Made by a program: the position numbers and the translations under genes | The notes under the pieces: generated by a model | Told to the model about the DNA's origin: nothing | What the model saw: the letters and a program-made list of their open reading frames with translations, nothing else | Databases searched by the model: none | Shown: positions 18,752 through 28,673 of the stretch, in pieces | How the letters are laid out: every line of letters begins with the position of its first letter | How positions within the stretch are numbered: position 1 is the first letter of the stretch | DNA from: a virus | Strand: one strand, 5' to 3' | Length of the DNA: 64,000 nucleotides | Virus record (IMG/VR): IMGVR_UViG_3300017716_002931 | Coordinates: 1-64,000 of that record

Positions 18752-18894
18752 TCCCATATATACCGAAATAGATGATTTTTTTTATACCCGCACATTAAAT
18801 ATCGGCAAAACCCCAAATACTTTTATTTTAGGTGATTTTGAAGACGCGGTATGCGGCTTGAACCCCGAATGGTGATAACAACTGATTCTATATA

Positions 18895-19515
18895 TTATTT
18901 TTCCTTACGGTAGATTGAAAACACACTTTCCTTGAGGTCGTAACGCTTAATTAGGGTACAATATTTTTCAACAAAACGGATGGCAGTTTGAGTGGAATCC
19001 CAATTCACATCATCCATGATGAGGCAGCCTCCAACCTTGAGCTTGGGAAGCCAGTTGACGACATCGCTCGTAGACGGCCATTCAGCGTGGTTTGCATCGA
19101 TGTGAACCATGTCCATGTCTGGCAGGAATCGTGATGCGTCCCACGACGACATGCGGCAGAACTGGATATGTTTCACGACCTGCGCACGGACACAGTGGCC
19201 TACAAAAGCTTCGTAGTGGTTATCCAGATTGAGAGTTGCCCACCATTCTTGGTGGGTATTCGTCTCATCATCGAGGCAGTCCTCTTTTTTCCATGAGTCG
19301 ATTGCATAAACGGTTCCGCTTCCGTTCAGCTTGCAAGCTTGAGCAAGTGCGAGCGTAGATTTGCCTTCAAAAACGCCTACGTCAGCAATTCTTTGAGGCT
19401 TTGACTCAAAAACAATCTTCCCGATTTCTATCCCTTTTTCAAAATCACACCATCCTCCCATCTTGGGAAAATGATCCGAAATGAATTTAGTTAAACTATC
19501 TATATTTTCATTCAT
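18895..19515 (-). CDS. Class I SAM-dependent methyltransferase (Methyltransf_24-like)
   Basis: DVGVFEGKS, AIDSW, MVHIDANH, LKVGG..IMDD. Confidence 0.85.
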   Translation of the reverse strand: MNENIDSLTKFISDHFPKMGGWCDFEKGIEIGKIVFESKPQRIADVGVFEGKSTLALAQACKLNGSGTVYAIDSWKKEDCLDDETNTHQEWWATLNLDNHYEAFVGHCVRAQVVKHIQFCRMSSWDASRFLPDMDMVHIDANHAEWPSTSDVVNWLPKLKVGGCLIMDDVNWDSTQTAIRFVEKYCTLIKRYDLKESVFSIYRKEK

Positions 19516-19612
19516 TATAACTTGGTCCTATGTCTGTGTTTACTTGATCCGTCTCTTTCAATGTGAGACAAAACATTTTTGGAAAGTTGTGTTGTTCTTT
19601 ATATTCTTTCAA
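19508..19612 (-). pseudogene. Collapsed remnant of a probable GT25 glycosyltransferase
   Basis: TTG-start 34-aa ORF MKEYKEQHNFPKMFCLTLKETDQVNTDIGPSYNE*, overlapping both neighbours; FPKxFCLTLKET resembles a GT25 N-terminus. Confidence 0.45.
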
Positions 19613-20288
19613 GATTTATTTTTTGGTTTAAGTGTCGCATTGCACTGTTTATTTCTAGTATTGGCGACCCGGTAGCTTTTATTGCATCCATACAATTCAA
19701 ATGTTGTACACTGAGTTCGTATTGTTTGATTTGAATTTGGTTGTGGTACAAGTTTAGACTCATTGACACGTCCGCTGATTCAGTTTGGTAATTTTTGAAT
19801 GGAACAAGTTTACGTATGATATTCGAATGTACCAAAAACCCACCTCCTCCGGATAAATATTCAAAGTTATTAGGAACACGCGGATCTGTGAAGATTGGGT
19901 TTTCAATTGATATCGTTTTGTTTATGATAAGTCCATACACAAATCTTTCATCTAGTGAAGGCATCGATTTTTCAAAAGTTAATAAATCAACAAACGTGTC
20001 ACAATCACAAAAAAAGAACCAATTGTAAGTATCTAACAGATATTTCCCACAATTGGACCTAAGTGTAATCAACATATTTGTGATGTTGATTTGTTTTTCT
20101 TCAGCGCTTAGATAGTCTTTTTTTTCTGATGTTTTTATGATGTTGCGATGTACATCTTCGTGGTCCGATGCAAAGATACAATCTACAAACTCACCAATAG
20201 TGTCTCTGTATGTATTGATTCGCGTGTCATATTTTTCACACGTCAACACCACAAACAATACTTGTCTTTTTAGATTTTCAAATTTCAT
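19599..20288 (-). CDS. Fringe/GT31-like glycosyltransferase
   Basis: WFFFCDCDTFV (DxD), YLSGGGGFLV, ADVSMS. Confidence 0.7.
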   Translation of the reverse strand: MKFENLKRQVLFVVLTCEKYDTRINTYRDTIGEFVDCIFASDHEDVHRNIIKTSEKKDYLSAEEKQINITNMLITLRSNCGKYLLDTYNWFFFCDCDTFVDLLTFEKSMPSLDERFVYGLIINKTISIENPIFTDPRVPNNFEYLSGGGGFLVHSNIIRKLVPFKNYQTESADVSMSLNLYHNQIQIKQYELSVQHLNCMDAIKATGSPILEINSAMRHLNQKINLERI

Positions 20289-21652
20289 AGTTTTATAATG
20301 CCCGTTTTCTCATCATTCAAACCAAAACTGACAACAAACCTATTCTGATCATCAATGATAGATCCACATGGAAATATGACGAGTGGGTTATCATTTGGCA
20401 AAATCATTTGATCTGATTCATTTCCCCACAATATGGGTTCATTTGATATGTTTACAATTCGATACGGCGCAATAGGTTCAAACGAGTATTTACCCATTAC
20501 ATAACGTCTACGAGCACGTTTCCACGGAACACTACTATGGAAAAAAGAATGATAAAGGCCATCCTTCAGTATGGGATTTGTTCCGCCTCTACACTCCCCG
20601 TAAATCCATTTAGACTTTACATCAAAATGGGTTTTGTATTCACAAATTACATCTCCATCCCAATCAAGATGCAAAACCGTGTGTGGAGATATTTTGTATA
20701 TACACATTAGTTTATCGTCTTGTACAAAGAATATCCAATTTTTTTCTACACCGAGGTTTTCTAATATCGATTTTCCATTTTTTTTATATCGTATTGAAAT
20801 ACTATCAACATGTTTGAAGTTTTCATCAAAAACTAATATCTTCTGATGAATCAAGGATCTATCTCCATAAATATGATTTGCACAACTTACATACAACCGA
20901 TTATTATGAACAAATGCTCGAGGATCTTCATATTGTTCATCTTCATAAGTCGAGTTTATGATTAAATCAATTTCTTTCATAGTCTCAAATTCATAAAGAC
21001 GCAATTTATTCACTGAAACATTACGTAACAATTTTACAAAGTTGCGAGTGAGTATGTAAGTCTTTTGATTGAATTGGAATATACATGAATTGAACTGAAA
21101 GTTACGATCTGTATAATTGAACGGAACTATCTCAACGTCAGGTTTCTGTTTTGAAACCTCGATCTCCATGAAATGAACTTTTCTAGACTCCCAGTCATCG
21201 GTTTCTTTAATTTTTATTGATTCGATATCTTTTACATCTACAAACTCAACGTTATCTATATCAAGTGTGGACGGAAACAAGTTTTTAACACGGACGGCTA
21301 GATTACGAGTATCACCGTTTATGTTTGGAACGTGAAATTGAGTATAAAAAGAAATTGTTGGCTTATCCACAACAGGAATACTCAACACGTATTCTTTTCC
21401 TGCCTCTACAAATAGTTCCGTCTTTATGTTTTTTGTTTCGTTCTCAACGAAGACCACAAAAGGACTGTTAAACAAACTTATGAAATGAATACATACATTC
21501 TTTACCACTACTTGTGGTTTTACTTTGAATACTCCTTCTGTCCATCTGAACTTTGTTCCGTTCTGATCTTGTTCCAGTTCGAAAAAACCAAATAAATCAA
21601 AGATGTGTTCGTTAAACAGAGTGTATCTTTCCGTTTTTTCAATTTGATTCAT
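20285..21652 (-). CDS. Five-bladed beta-propeller glycoside hydrolase/transferase (GH130/DUF377/GT91-like) with N-terminal beta-sandwich
   Basis: YEDPR, EKNWIFF, RGGTNP, VIFPCG, VSFGLND. Confidence 0.7.
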   Translation of the reverse strand: MNQIEKTERYTLFNEHIFDLFGFFELEQDQNGTKFRWTEGVFKVKPQVVVKNVCIHFISLFNSPFVVFVENETKNIKTELFVEAGKEYVLSIPVVDKPTISFYTQFHVPNINGDTRNLAVRVKNLFPSTLDIDNVEFVDVKDIESIKIKETDDWESRKVHFMEIEVSKQKPDVEIVPFNYTDRNFQFNSCIFQFNQKTYILTRNFVKLLRNVSVNKLRLYEFETMKEIDLIINSTYEDEQYEDPRAFVHNNRLYVSCANHIYGDRSLIHQKILVFDENFKHVDSISIRYKKNGKSILENLGVEKNWIFFVQDDKLMCIYKISPHTVLHLDWDGDVICEYKTHFDVKSKWIYGECRGGTNPILKDGLYHSFFHSSVPWKRARRRYVMGKYSFEPIAPYRIVNISNEPILWGNESDQMILPNDNPLVIFPCGSIIDDQNRFVVSFGLNDEKTGIIKL

Positions 21653-22286
21653 AAAAAATATTACTTCGTTGGTCTTTGAATATAGCTTTCAGTCTTGTTG
21701 TTCCACTTCGGTTTATATACGAATTAGCATAATGTACCAATGGAGATGTCTCATATCCCGATGTATTGTATCGATGTTCCACCAAACACACAGTTTCGGC
21801 TTTGAACTTTTTGTCCATTATGTACAAATCCGATACATGAGGCGTAAAAACTCCATCTGATTCAAATCCATCCGTTTCGTCGGGAACATAACTTGTGATT
21901 GTTTCTACAACATTTTTGTAGAAATGTTCGTTTCCATAAATGGTAGATCCACCCATGCTACCTGTTGCTGATACCGTTTGTTCTCCAAAACTTATAGGTT
22001 TGAACGAGTAATTAATTACATCATAATCGGTACACCATCCTCTTTTATTCTCCATTGCAAGCCATCGGAGGTAACATATCATTTCATATTGTTTTTGGTT
22101 GATGGTTGGAAATGTATTACAAATGTCATAAAACTGTTGATATCTTGGATTTTTCTTAGAATCTTCCAAACTCAACACGATTGGGTTCCATCCATTATAC
22201 GTCCAGCTCTTTTTCCAAAGCTCCAGAAGCAATTTATTCTCATGGTTGACAGGAGTCAAGTTTTCATAAAATGTATAGATGTTCAT
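21639..22286 (-). CDS. Putative GT-A glycosyltransferase
   Basis: CYLRWLAM...GWCTDYDVINY (DxD); glycan island context. Confidence 0.55.
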   Translation of the reverse strand: MNIYTFYENLTPVNHENKLLLELWKKSWTYNGWNPIVLSLEDSKKNPRYQQFYDICNTFPTINQKQYEMICYLRWLAMENKRGWCTDYDVINYSFKPISFGEQTVSATGSMGGSTIYGNEHFYKNVVETITSYVPDETDGFESDGVFTPHVSDLYIMDKKFKAETVCLVEHRYNTSGYETSPLVHYANSYINRSGTTRLKAIFKDQRSNIFYESN

Positions 22287-22288
22287 AT

Positions 22289-25200
22289 TTAGTCTGAATA
22301 CTTGTATTGATGAATTGCCACCTTCATTTTGGATTTCAACATATAGTTTCTTTGATCTTGACTATAGAAGTTGTCACTGCATCCTGAATATGACGATGGT
22401 AACCACCCAACGTGTTTGAATGCATTTTCTTTTAAATCTTTCATGATTCTAACACCAAGACAATAATCCCACGGTCCTGTTTGGTTTACATGATTTGATT
22501 TGTCAGTAATCAAACCGTTCACTTCGGATGAAAAATACCCAATTGTTTTATCAGTGTTATAGAATGTCAATGCTCCATTAGTATAGATTGCAAAATCCGA
22601 TATATCTTCGACTAACATATCTACTTTGCACTGTTTTGCGTAGTTGTATCGATAATCTGTAGTTCCCATCATCATGTTTCCAGAACATAGTGATGGACAT
22701 TTCATTACAGGTGTGCCTGTTACAATCGGATCATATGGCCATGATAGATGTTCTTGCCACAGTGTATCATACCAATAATCACTTCCTACTTTACAATCCC
22801 ACTCATATCCAAAAAAGTAGTCCCATCCCAAATCTCTTGCAATTTTGAGTCCATCTACAAATGACCAGAACGAATACTTGTTTGATCTCTCATGAATTCC
22901 GGCGTTCATATATGGAATTTTATCGATCTTTACAAACTTGACGTTATATTTTGATGGAATATCAAGTTCAGTGTCGGAGTATACTACTACAGGCACATTG
23001 TATTGTGACATGTGGTAGTCTCTAAGATTATCTAAACACATCAAATGTTTTTTACTCAGATCAGGCAAATACAAAATCATTCCGTTAGTAATAGTCTTCT
23101 TGATGTAGAAGTCTTTTACCTTGGAGTATATCTGTTTGAATGACTTTTCTGAATTCAAATCAACGATAGTTGCACTTTCTATATGCGCTACACATTTGGA
23201 ACATACGGTAGGTGTTATAAAACATATATCGCTTTTGTTTTCGGTAAAATACAACCATATGAATATATCGTTTCCTACCACGAACGTGGGTCGTTTGTAG
23301 AATTCAGTATTGTTTCCAAATTCAGTTTCCCATTTTGATAAACAGTCAATCAATTTCTTAGTAGGAAATACACCGTGAATAGGGGAAATAGTCAGAGGAT
23401 ATTTCTGAATGAGATCACGAACCACCTTTGTAGAATATGTTCCTCTGCGCACACACAAATCTATGGTTTTATTTTCTTCAATTTGGTCGGACGGTGTTAT
23501 TTCTACTACACCGTTCCATATTCCAAATGAGTGTGTTTCATTCAAGTATGAAAGTTCATCGGTGATGTTTTTGGTTAGAATATCATCGTCGTGTAGTATG
23601 ATAGACCACTTGGTGTTAATAACACGTAATCCCTCAATCCAACATAGATTATTAGATTTGTCTTCGTTGATAATGACCACAGACTTTTTCTGTTCATCAT
23701 TTAGACTGACTGCCCAATCAATGTATTCTTGATTGTTTCCTGATACTACAAGTACCACGTTTTTTATACCAGAGTCCAACACCGACGAGTATGCTCGCTT
23801 TCCGAAGTTTACTCTGTCACCGTGACATGTGATCAACACCGTTACATTATTAACCGTGGCTTCAAATGGCGTTGTGTTATGCATTTGAAAGTAGGCATCC
23901 GTTTTGTCCACCAAGATTTTAGGGCTTATGATGTCGAGCGGCACATCTTTAATATCCCTCAATTGGTGAACATACGAATTTTCATTACGACCAAATACAA
24001 ACTCGTTGATGTACAATGACAATTTTCTCTTGTCTTCGCTTAGATTTACTTCGGATGGACAAAAGCAATCACTTACAATCTTTATTTCTTCGACGTTATC
24101 AAGAGAAATGGTAACATTAACCAATTGTCCTATGCTGTATTGTTGTTCGTGGACAGATTCATATTCATGTTTGTTCTTTCGTTTTACCAAAAATACAATC
24201 ACTTTATCTGTGTATTGATTTGTGGTCGTAATATTGAGTGTTTCCCATCCATCTTTGTTGACAACAAAAATTTCAGACGCAATGCTAGTCCACCTGTAGA
24301 CCAATCCGTTTTTATTTTTTTCTTTTGCGTACCAACCTCTACCCAAATATACAATGTTGTTCATGCTTGCGACTTCTTTTTTCTCCACACGACTTTTGTA
24401 CGTAGTTTTTATGGCTGTGATAGCACTATCTTTATCTGGATGTGACCAAAACTGATTGTCAAGATCCATACCGAAGTTCAAATCGTCTTCAGCAGGATGC
24501 AGTTTATACTCCACAAAATGAATGCCTTCAAATTGATTCAGATACTCTTTTTGTGCACCATATCCTGTAATGATTACTTGTTTTTTATAGTTTGCAGCAG
24601 CTAATGCGCCCAATCCTATTCCTTCAGATTTCGTCATTGAAAGATATACATCGCCAGCAGAGTGTATGTTGTACAATTCTGTATTTGATAACTGTTTGGT
24701 TATCAAATATATCGGTGGACAGTTTGGATATTTGGCTACAATAGATTTGATTCTATCATGACAGATGTTAATGTCAAATTCGGTATGATGAAGGTAATTC
24801 GTTTTTAGTATCAGTGCAACGTTTTCGTTCGACTGAAATGATGCACAAAAATATTCTATCGTTTCTGTCACTCCTTTTCGCTGCGTCCATTGCCCGATGC
24901 TATAGTAATTTAACGATGACTGTAAACAATTAGTTTTACCATATAACACCGAATTACTTTCTACAAACTTTATAGACTCCAATCTATCCGTCAGTTTTTC
25001 TGGCAATCTAGGGGTATATTTTTTCAATTCAATGTTTCTTGTCACCCCACATTCAAGAAATGTTGTCTTATTCCATTCCGAACAAACAATAAGTCCAGTA
25101 CAATACTGGTTTATTTGACGAATATAATCGGGATGCACATATTCAGACTCCCATAGTGGAAATCCATATACGGCTTTGTTTTTTACTCTTTCAGATAAAA

Positions 25201-25531
25201 AATCTCGATGGAGTGTTTCAAATATAAAAGGAGGGGTATTGATGATATAACACGTCGATTCAGCCTCGTCAAATTGATCTGTATAGATTTCATCATAAAA
25301 CCCTTTGTCATGTTCGACGTTTTCATTTCCGTATGGCAGATAGTTTACCAAATATCCTTCTTTTCTAAGAGACAAAACCGTGTCTTTTGCTAGAATAGAA
25401 TATCCGCACGTTCCAGCAATACCGACAAACACAATCTTGTCGTGTTTGTATATTGGACGATCATTTACAATTGACGGCGAGTATATTTTTCTAACGATTG
25501 TTGGAAGGATATCGAAATTATTAGTCATCAT
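22289..25531 (-). CDS. 1080-aa multidomain glycosyltransferase (GT4 + beta-sandwich + GT2 + GT-A-like)
   Basis: GQW..RKG, SMTKSEGIGL (GT4); VTVLITCH...IILHDDD (GT2); DYFFGYEWDC. Confidence 0.8.
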   Translation of the reverse strand: MMTNNFDILPTIVRKIYSPSIVNDRPIYKHDKIVFVGIAGTCGYSILAKDTVLSLRKEGYLVNYLPYGNENVEHDKGFYDEIYTDQFDEAESTCYIINTPPFIFETLHRDFLSERVKNKAVYGFPLWESEYVHPDYIRQINQYCTGLIVCSEWNKTTFLECGVTRNIELKKYTPRLPEKLTDRLESIKFVESNSVLYGKTNCLQSSLNYYSIGQWTQRKGVTETIEYFCASFQSNENVALILKTNYLHHTEFDINICHDRIKSIVAKYPNCPPIYLITKQLSNTELYNIHSAGDVYLSMTKSEGIGLGALAAANYKKQVIITGYGAQKEYLNQFEGIHFVEYKLHPAEDDLNFGMDLDNQFWSHPDKDSAITAIKTTYKSRVEKKEVASMNNIVYLGRGWYAKEKNKNGLVYRWTSIASEIFVVNKDGWETLNITTTNQYTDKVIVFLVKRKNKHEYESVHEQQYSIGQLVNVTISLDNVEEIKIVSDCFCPSEVNLSEDKRKLSLYINEFVFGRNENSYVHQLRDIKDVPLDIISPKILVDKTDAYFQMHNTTPFEATVNNVTVLITCHGDRVNFGKRAYSSVLDSGIKNVVLVVSGNNQEYIDWAVSLNDEQKKSVVIINEDKSNNLCWIEGLRVINTKWSIILHDDDILTKNITDELSYLNETHSFGIWNGVVEITPSDQIEENKTIDLCVRRGTYSTKVVRDLIQKYPLTISPIHGVFPTKKLIDCLSKWETEFGNNTEFYKRPTFVVGNDIFIWLYFTENKSDICFITPTVCSKCVAHIESATIVDLNSEKSFKQIYSKVKDFYIKKTITNGMILYLPDLSKKHLMCLDNLRDYHMSQYNVPVVVYSDTELDIPSKYNVKFVKIDKIPYMNAGIHERSNKYSFWSFVDGLKIARDLGWDYFFGYEWDCKVGSDYWYDTLWQEHLSWPYDPIVTGTPVMKCPSLCSGNMMMGTTDYRYNYAKQCKVDMLVEDISDFAIYTNGALTFYNTDKTIGYFSSEVNGLITDKSNHVNQTGPWDYCLGVRIMKDLKENAFKHVGWLPSSYSGCSDNFYSQDQRNYMLKSKMKVAIHQYKYSD

Positions 25532-25551
25532 ACGATATAATAATCATAACA

Positions 25552-25758
25552 TCAGTCTTGTTTCACAGCCTTAACTTCATACTGAATTTCTGGATATTTT
25601 CCCATAAAAATACGAAACTGTGGCATTTCTAGTGTAGGATAGTAGTGTACGTCAACAACAATCTTGTTGGATTGTTCGTTTTCATAATTGGCATACTTGA
25701 ACCATTCTTTTTTTGCCCAAGTATCCCACAGTTGTTTTAGTATCGCTCTTTTATTCAT
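25552..25758 (-). CDS. Small hypothetical protein, paralogue of 26138-26323
   Basis: Shared KxWF...YYPxxE...VKA pattern. Confidence 0.6.
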   Translation of the reverse strand: MNKRAILKQLWDTWAKKEWFKYANYENEQSNKIVVDVHYYPTLEMPQFRIFMGKYPEIQYEVKAVKQD

Positions 25759-26122
25759 ATTGTGTTTTTACCTCAATTAGTTTTCCATCAAAAAATTTCT
25801 CTTGCAGTTTCTTCTTACAAAAGAACCGCTCCATGTTTGTATTATCAATGTCTTTCCCAATAGACACTTCATCACTAGCACGAATTGTGTCCACCAAATA
25901 GAATGTCTTCTCATTTGCATAACGCAAATGTTTATACTCGTCTGATTGGATAATGTCAATCATTCTAGCAGACCCAATACTCTTTGCCAAATCGACATAG
26001 AGCTTTTTGTATGCATCTTTGCTTATATCAACCTTAAACGGATCTTTACAGTTACGAATTTTCACATCGTAAATACTCAGAATATCAAACGCATACGCTT
26101 CATCAACGTGTATTTCAACCAT
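25751..26122 (-). CDS. DUF6165-like helical protein
   Basis: AFDILSIYDVK...L..ANEKTF...NMERF..KKKL. Confidence 0.55.
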   Translation of the reverse strand: MVEIHVDEAYAFDILSIYDVKIRNCKDPFKVDISKDAYKKLYVDLAKSIGSARMIDIIQSDEYKHLRYANEKTFYLVDTIRASDEVSIGKDIDNTNMERFFCKKKLQEKFFDGKLIEVKTQYE

Positions 26123-26137
26123 AACACATATACATAA

Positions 26138-26323
26138 TCACCCAAGAGCTTTCACATTTATTTTAATCCCCATACTTTTTGCGAAACAATGAACTTCTTC
26201 GACTTCAGTATATGGATAGTAATTAGCGTAAATCACATACTCTTTTTTGTAAAACCCGTTTTCAATACGATTGAACCACTTGCGTTTTTCATATTGTTTT
26301 TTGATTTTATCTATAGTCTTCAT
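26138..26323 (-). CDS. Small hypothetical protein, paralogue of 25552-25758
   Basis: RKWFNR...NYYPYTE...VKAL; ATGA overlap with the clamp loader gene. Confidence 0.6.
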   Translation of the reverse strand: MKTIDKIKKQYEKRKWFNRIENGFYKKEYVIYANYYPYTEVEEVHCFAKSMGIKINVKALG

Positions 26324-27285
26324 TTGCGTAGATCCGTCAACAGTTTACTGATACATGCCATGAAGGAAATTTCTTTCAACGCACTCACCACCAAAGCACT
26401 CTGATACATATACTCAGCAATAACAACCGTAGCAATCACTTGTTTGCCTGGAGCATATTCGTCCACCTTGTTATACAACAACTCAAAATACTCATCAAAC
26501 TGATTGATGTCTGCGTCAGCAATAAATTGTCTGATCTCGTTGAACGCCGAAGGTTTTCCAATTCCATTCTTGAGTTGAAAAATCAACTTTTCATGAATAT
26601 CAGTTTTTGCAGCATTTTCTTTAGCAATCTTGATCTTTCCATTCACAACGCTCTGTTGAGAAAAATTGATCACCTTACGAATGTCAGGATAATACGTGTT
26701 AACAATATATCCAATGTCATCGGGTGTGTAACTCACCTTCTCAGTATCAAGAATCTTGGTCAAATGAACCGCAACCTCTTTCTTTGAAATCGGATTGATT
26801 TGATAAACCTGACATCGTGAAATCAATGCCGGAGTGATCTTCTCATAGTAATTACAAGTAATAATGAACCTAGTAAACGCTGAAAACGTCTCCATAAGGT
26901 TACGAAGACACGCCTGAGAAGCAGAAGACAGATAGTCTCCCTCGTCAAGAATCACAACCTTAAGCGGTTTAAATCCAGCAGACGACGCAAACGTCTTTAG
27001 ACGATTTCTAATATTGTCAACGCCCGTTTCATCTGATGCGTTGATGTAAATAACATCACAGTTGATGTTCTTGGTGATTAACTTTGCCAAAGTAGTTTTT
27101 CCTGTTCCAGCACCACCATACAACAACAAATGTGGAATGTCGTTCTTTTCAAGAAACGTGTCTACTGTCTGTTTAAGTTGTTCGTTGCCAATATACTTAT
27201 CCAACCCCGATGGACGATACTTCTCAACCCACAAACTATGAACAGGTTGTTCATCTCTCACTTCCTCTTCAAATAGATCGGTCAT
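26320..27285 (-). CDS. Clamp loader AAA+ subunit (gp44/RFC-like)
   Basis: WVEKYRP, GGAGTGKT, INASD, ILDEGD, SRC. Confidence 0.95.
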   Translation of the reverse strand: MTDLFEEEVRDEQPVHSLWVEKYRPSGLDKYIGNEQLKQTVDTFLEKNDIPHLLLYGGAGTGKTTLAKLITKNINCDVIYINASDETGVDNIRNRLKTFASSAGFKPLKVVILDEGDYLSSASQACLRNLMETFSAFTRFIITCNYYEKITPALISRCQVYQINPISKKEVAVHLTKILDTEKVSYTPDDIGYIVNTYYPDIRKVINFSQQSVVNGKIKIAKENAAKTDIHEKLIFQLKNGIGKPSAFNEIRQFIADADINQFDEYFELLYNKVDEYAPGKQVIATVVIAEYMYQSALVVSALKEISFMACISKLLTDLRK

Positions 27286-27291
27286 AGTATA

Positions 27292-28035
27292 TTAGTCAGC
27301 AGACTGAATCTTGGTCATGTGATATGTAGCAGTGAAATCACCACAAACAAACTGAACTGAGGCCAGTCCCGACTCTGCGACACGAAGAACAGCGTTTTCA
27401 CAGTCTCCATTAGCATCCAAAATTGACTTGAAATAGTTGGCATTGAAACTCAATTCACTTTTAATTGAATCCTTGCCGTCTAGAGCAGGAACATCCAACG
27501 TGATACGATTGCTGTTGATAGAAGAGTAGCCCAACACCATTTGAATCTTCTTGGACTTCTTTCCCATCAAAAAGGTAAGCTTCTCTTCATCAGACAAAGC
27601 ATCCTTTGCGCTCTTGAACTTGGACGTGAAATCCTTGGTCAATTCGATTTCAACCTCATATGGAGGAGTCTTCTTCAACGAAGAGGACTTGGGAATAACA
27701 GATAATTCAGCTGTCATAAACTGAATCTCAGTGTTTCTGTCGGACAATCCTAGAGATGTAATCTTTCCATCAACATCATTGACTTCAACTGTAATTTCCT
27801 CGGATAGAGCCTTCAACATCTTTTCCAGCTTGTCTGTCTCATACACGCCGATTTCAATGTCCTTGTCAATGTCAACAAAATTGTTCCAAACAATATCAAC
27901 AAGAAGAGTTTTGTCTTCTGTGATTGCTTTGACATTCAATGTTTTATCAGCGGAGGCTACGCCCCACTTGACTGCGTTAATGGTTCCCTTGAGGGAATAC
28001 TTGGTAATGAATTTTTGTAGATTTGTCTTTGTCAT
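27292..28035 (-). CDS. DNA sliding clamp (gp45/PCNA-like)
   Basis: About 250 aa beta-rich; lies next to the clamp loader; FNANYFKSIL...GLASVQF. Confidence 0.8.
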   Translation of the reverse strand: MTKTNLQKFITKYSLKGTINAVKWGVASADKTLNVKAITEDKTLLVDIVWNNFVDIDKDIEIGVYETDKLEKMLKALSEEITVEVNDVDGKITSLGLSDRNTEIQFMTAELSVIPKSSSLKKTPPYEVEIELTKDFTSKFKSAKDALSDEEKLTFLMGKKSKKIQMVLGYSSINSNRITLDVPALDGKDSIKSELSFNANYFKSILDANGDCENAVLRVAESGLASVQFVCGDFTATYHMTKIQSAD

Positions 28036-28057
28036 AATCGTAACTTTTACTTTCTGT

Positions 28058-28086
28058 AGTATACACCGTAAGATACACGTTGTCTA
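28058..28086 (-). promoter_or_regulatory. Sigma70-type promoter for clamp/clamp loader
   Basis: TAGACA-17 nt-TATACT. Confidence 0.65.
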
Positions 28087-28533
28087 TTATTTATAGTGAG
28101 ATTCCCATTCGTGAACGAAATCCGTACACACGGCTTTACACCGATCCACGTCTCCTAACCATCCCATTTCAGGCATCACACATATGCTGCCCGGAAACAA
28201 CTGTTTCTTTGGATACGTCCATATATTTCCTTTGCTTGTGAGAACAAAATCCTCGGTGGTATGCCAAAAAACGTTTATGTCTTTGTCTTGCAATAGGTTA
28301 TAATAAGCTTCCGGATTTTTGGCATGAATCCAAAGTTGAGGATTCAACAGAAACTCATATTGAATCGTAAAATATTGAGGAAAATCGTGACCCAAACAAT
28401 ACTGATTGTCTACGAACCAAACATCTATTTCAACATCATATCCTAATTTGAGTGCGTCATTGATATATGAAGGATCATTTTCTTTGGATGGATTAGGACC
28501 GTTTAAATTGCCTCTATGAGATATTAATTTCAT
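28087..28533 (-). CDS. PLC/GDPD-like phosphodiesterase
   Basis: ISHRGN...EN...DVEIDVW...LGHD...WIHAKN. Confidence 0.8.
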   Translation of the reverse strand: MKLISHRGNLNGPNPSKENDPSYINDALKLGYDVEIDVWFVDNQYCLGHDFPQYFTIQYEFLLNPQLWIHAKNPEAYYNLLQDKDINVFWHTTEDFVLTSKGNIWTYPKKQLFPGSICVMPEMGWLGDVDRCKAVCTDFVHEWESHYK

Positions 28534-28673
28534 GGATTATTCACAATCCAAAACCGTCTTGTATTGTCTATGTATACTTTTGAATTCAAATCGGGCCAAT
28601 CATATGTATGAGTATGGACCAAAAATTTAATACGATTATTTTGCCAATTGGAATGATATTCAGTGTTTTTCAT
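28530..28673 (-). pseudogene. 47-aa mini-ORF, probable collapsed gene remnant
   Basis: MKNTEYHSNWQNNRIKFLVHTHTYDWPDLNSKVYIDNTRRFWIVNNP*; overlaps both neighbours, ATGA junction. Confidence 0.4.

Noticed and set aside
18780-18890. Riboswitch (c-di-GMP-like GGCAAAACC) or tRNA in the spacer
   Set aside because: No second stem with the expected motif and no cloverleaf; it is on the wrong strand for the downstream gene and is better read as a gene remnant plus a weak hairpin
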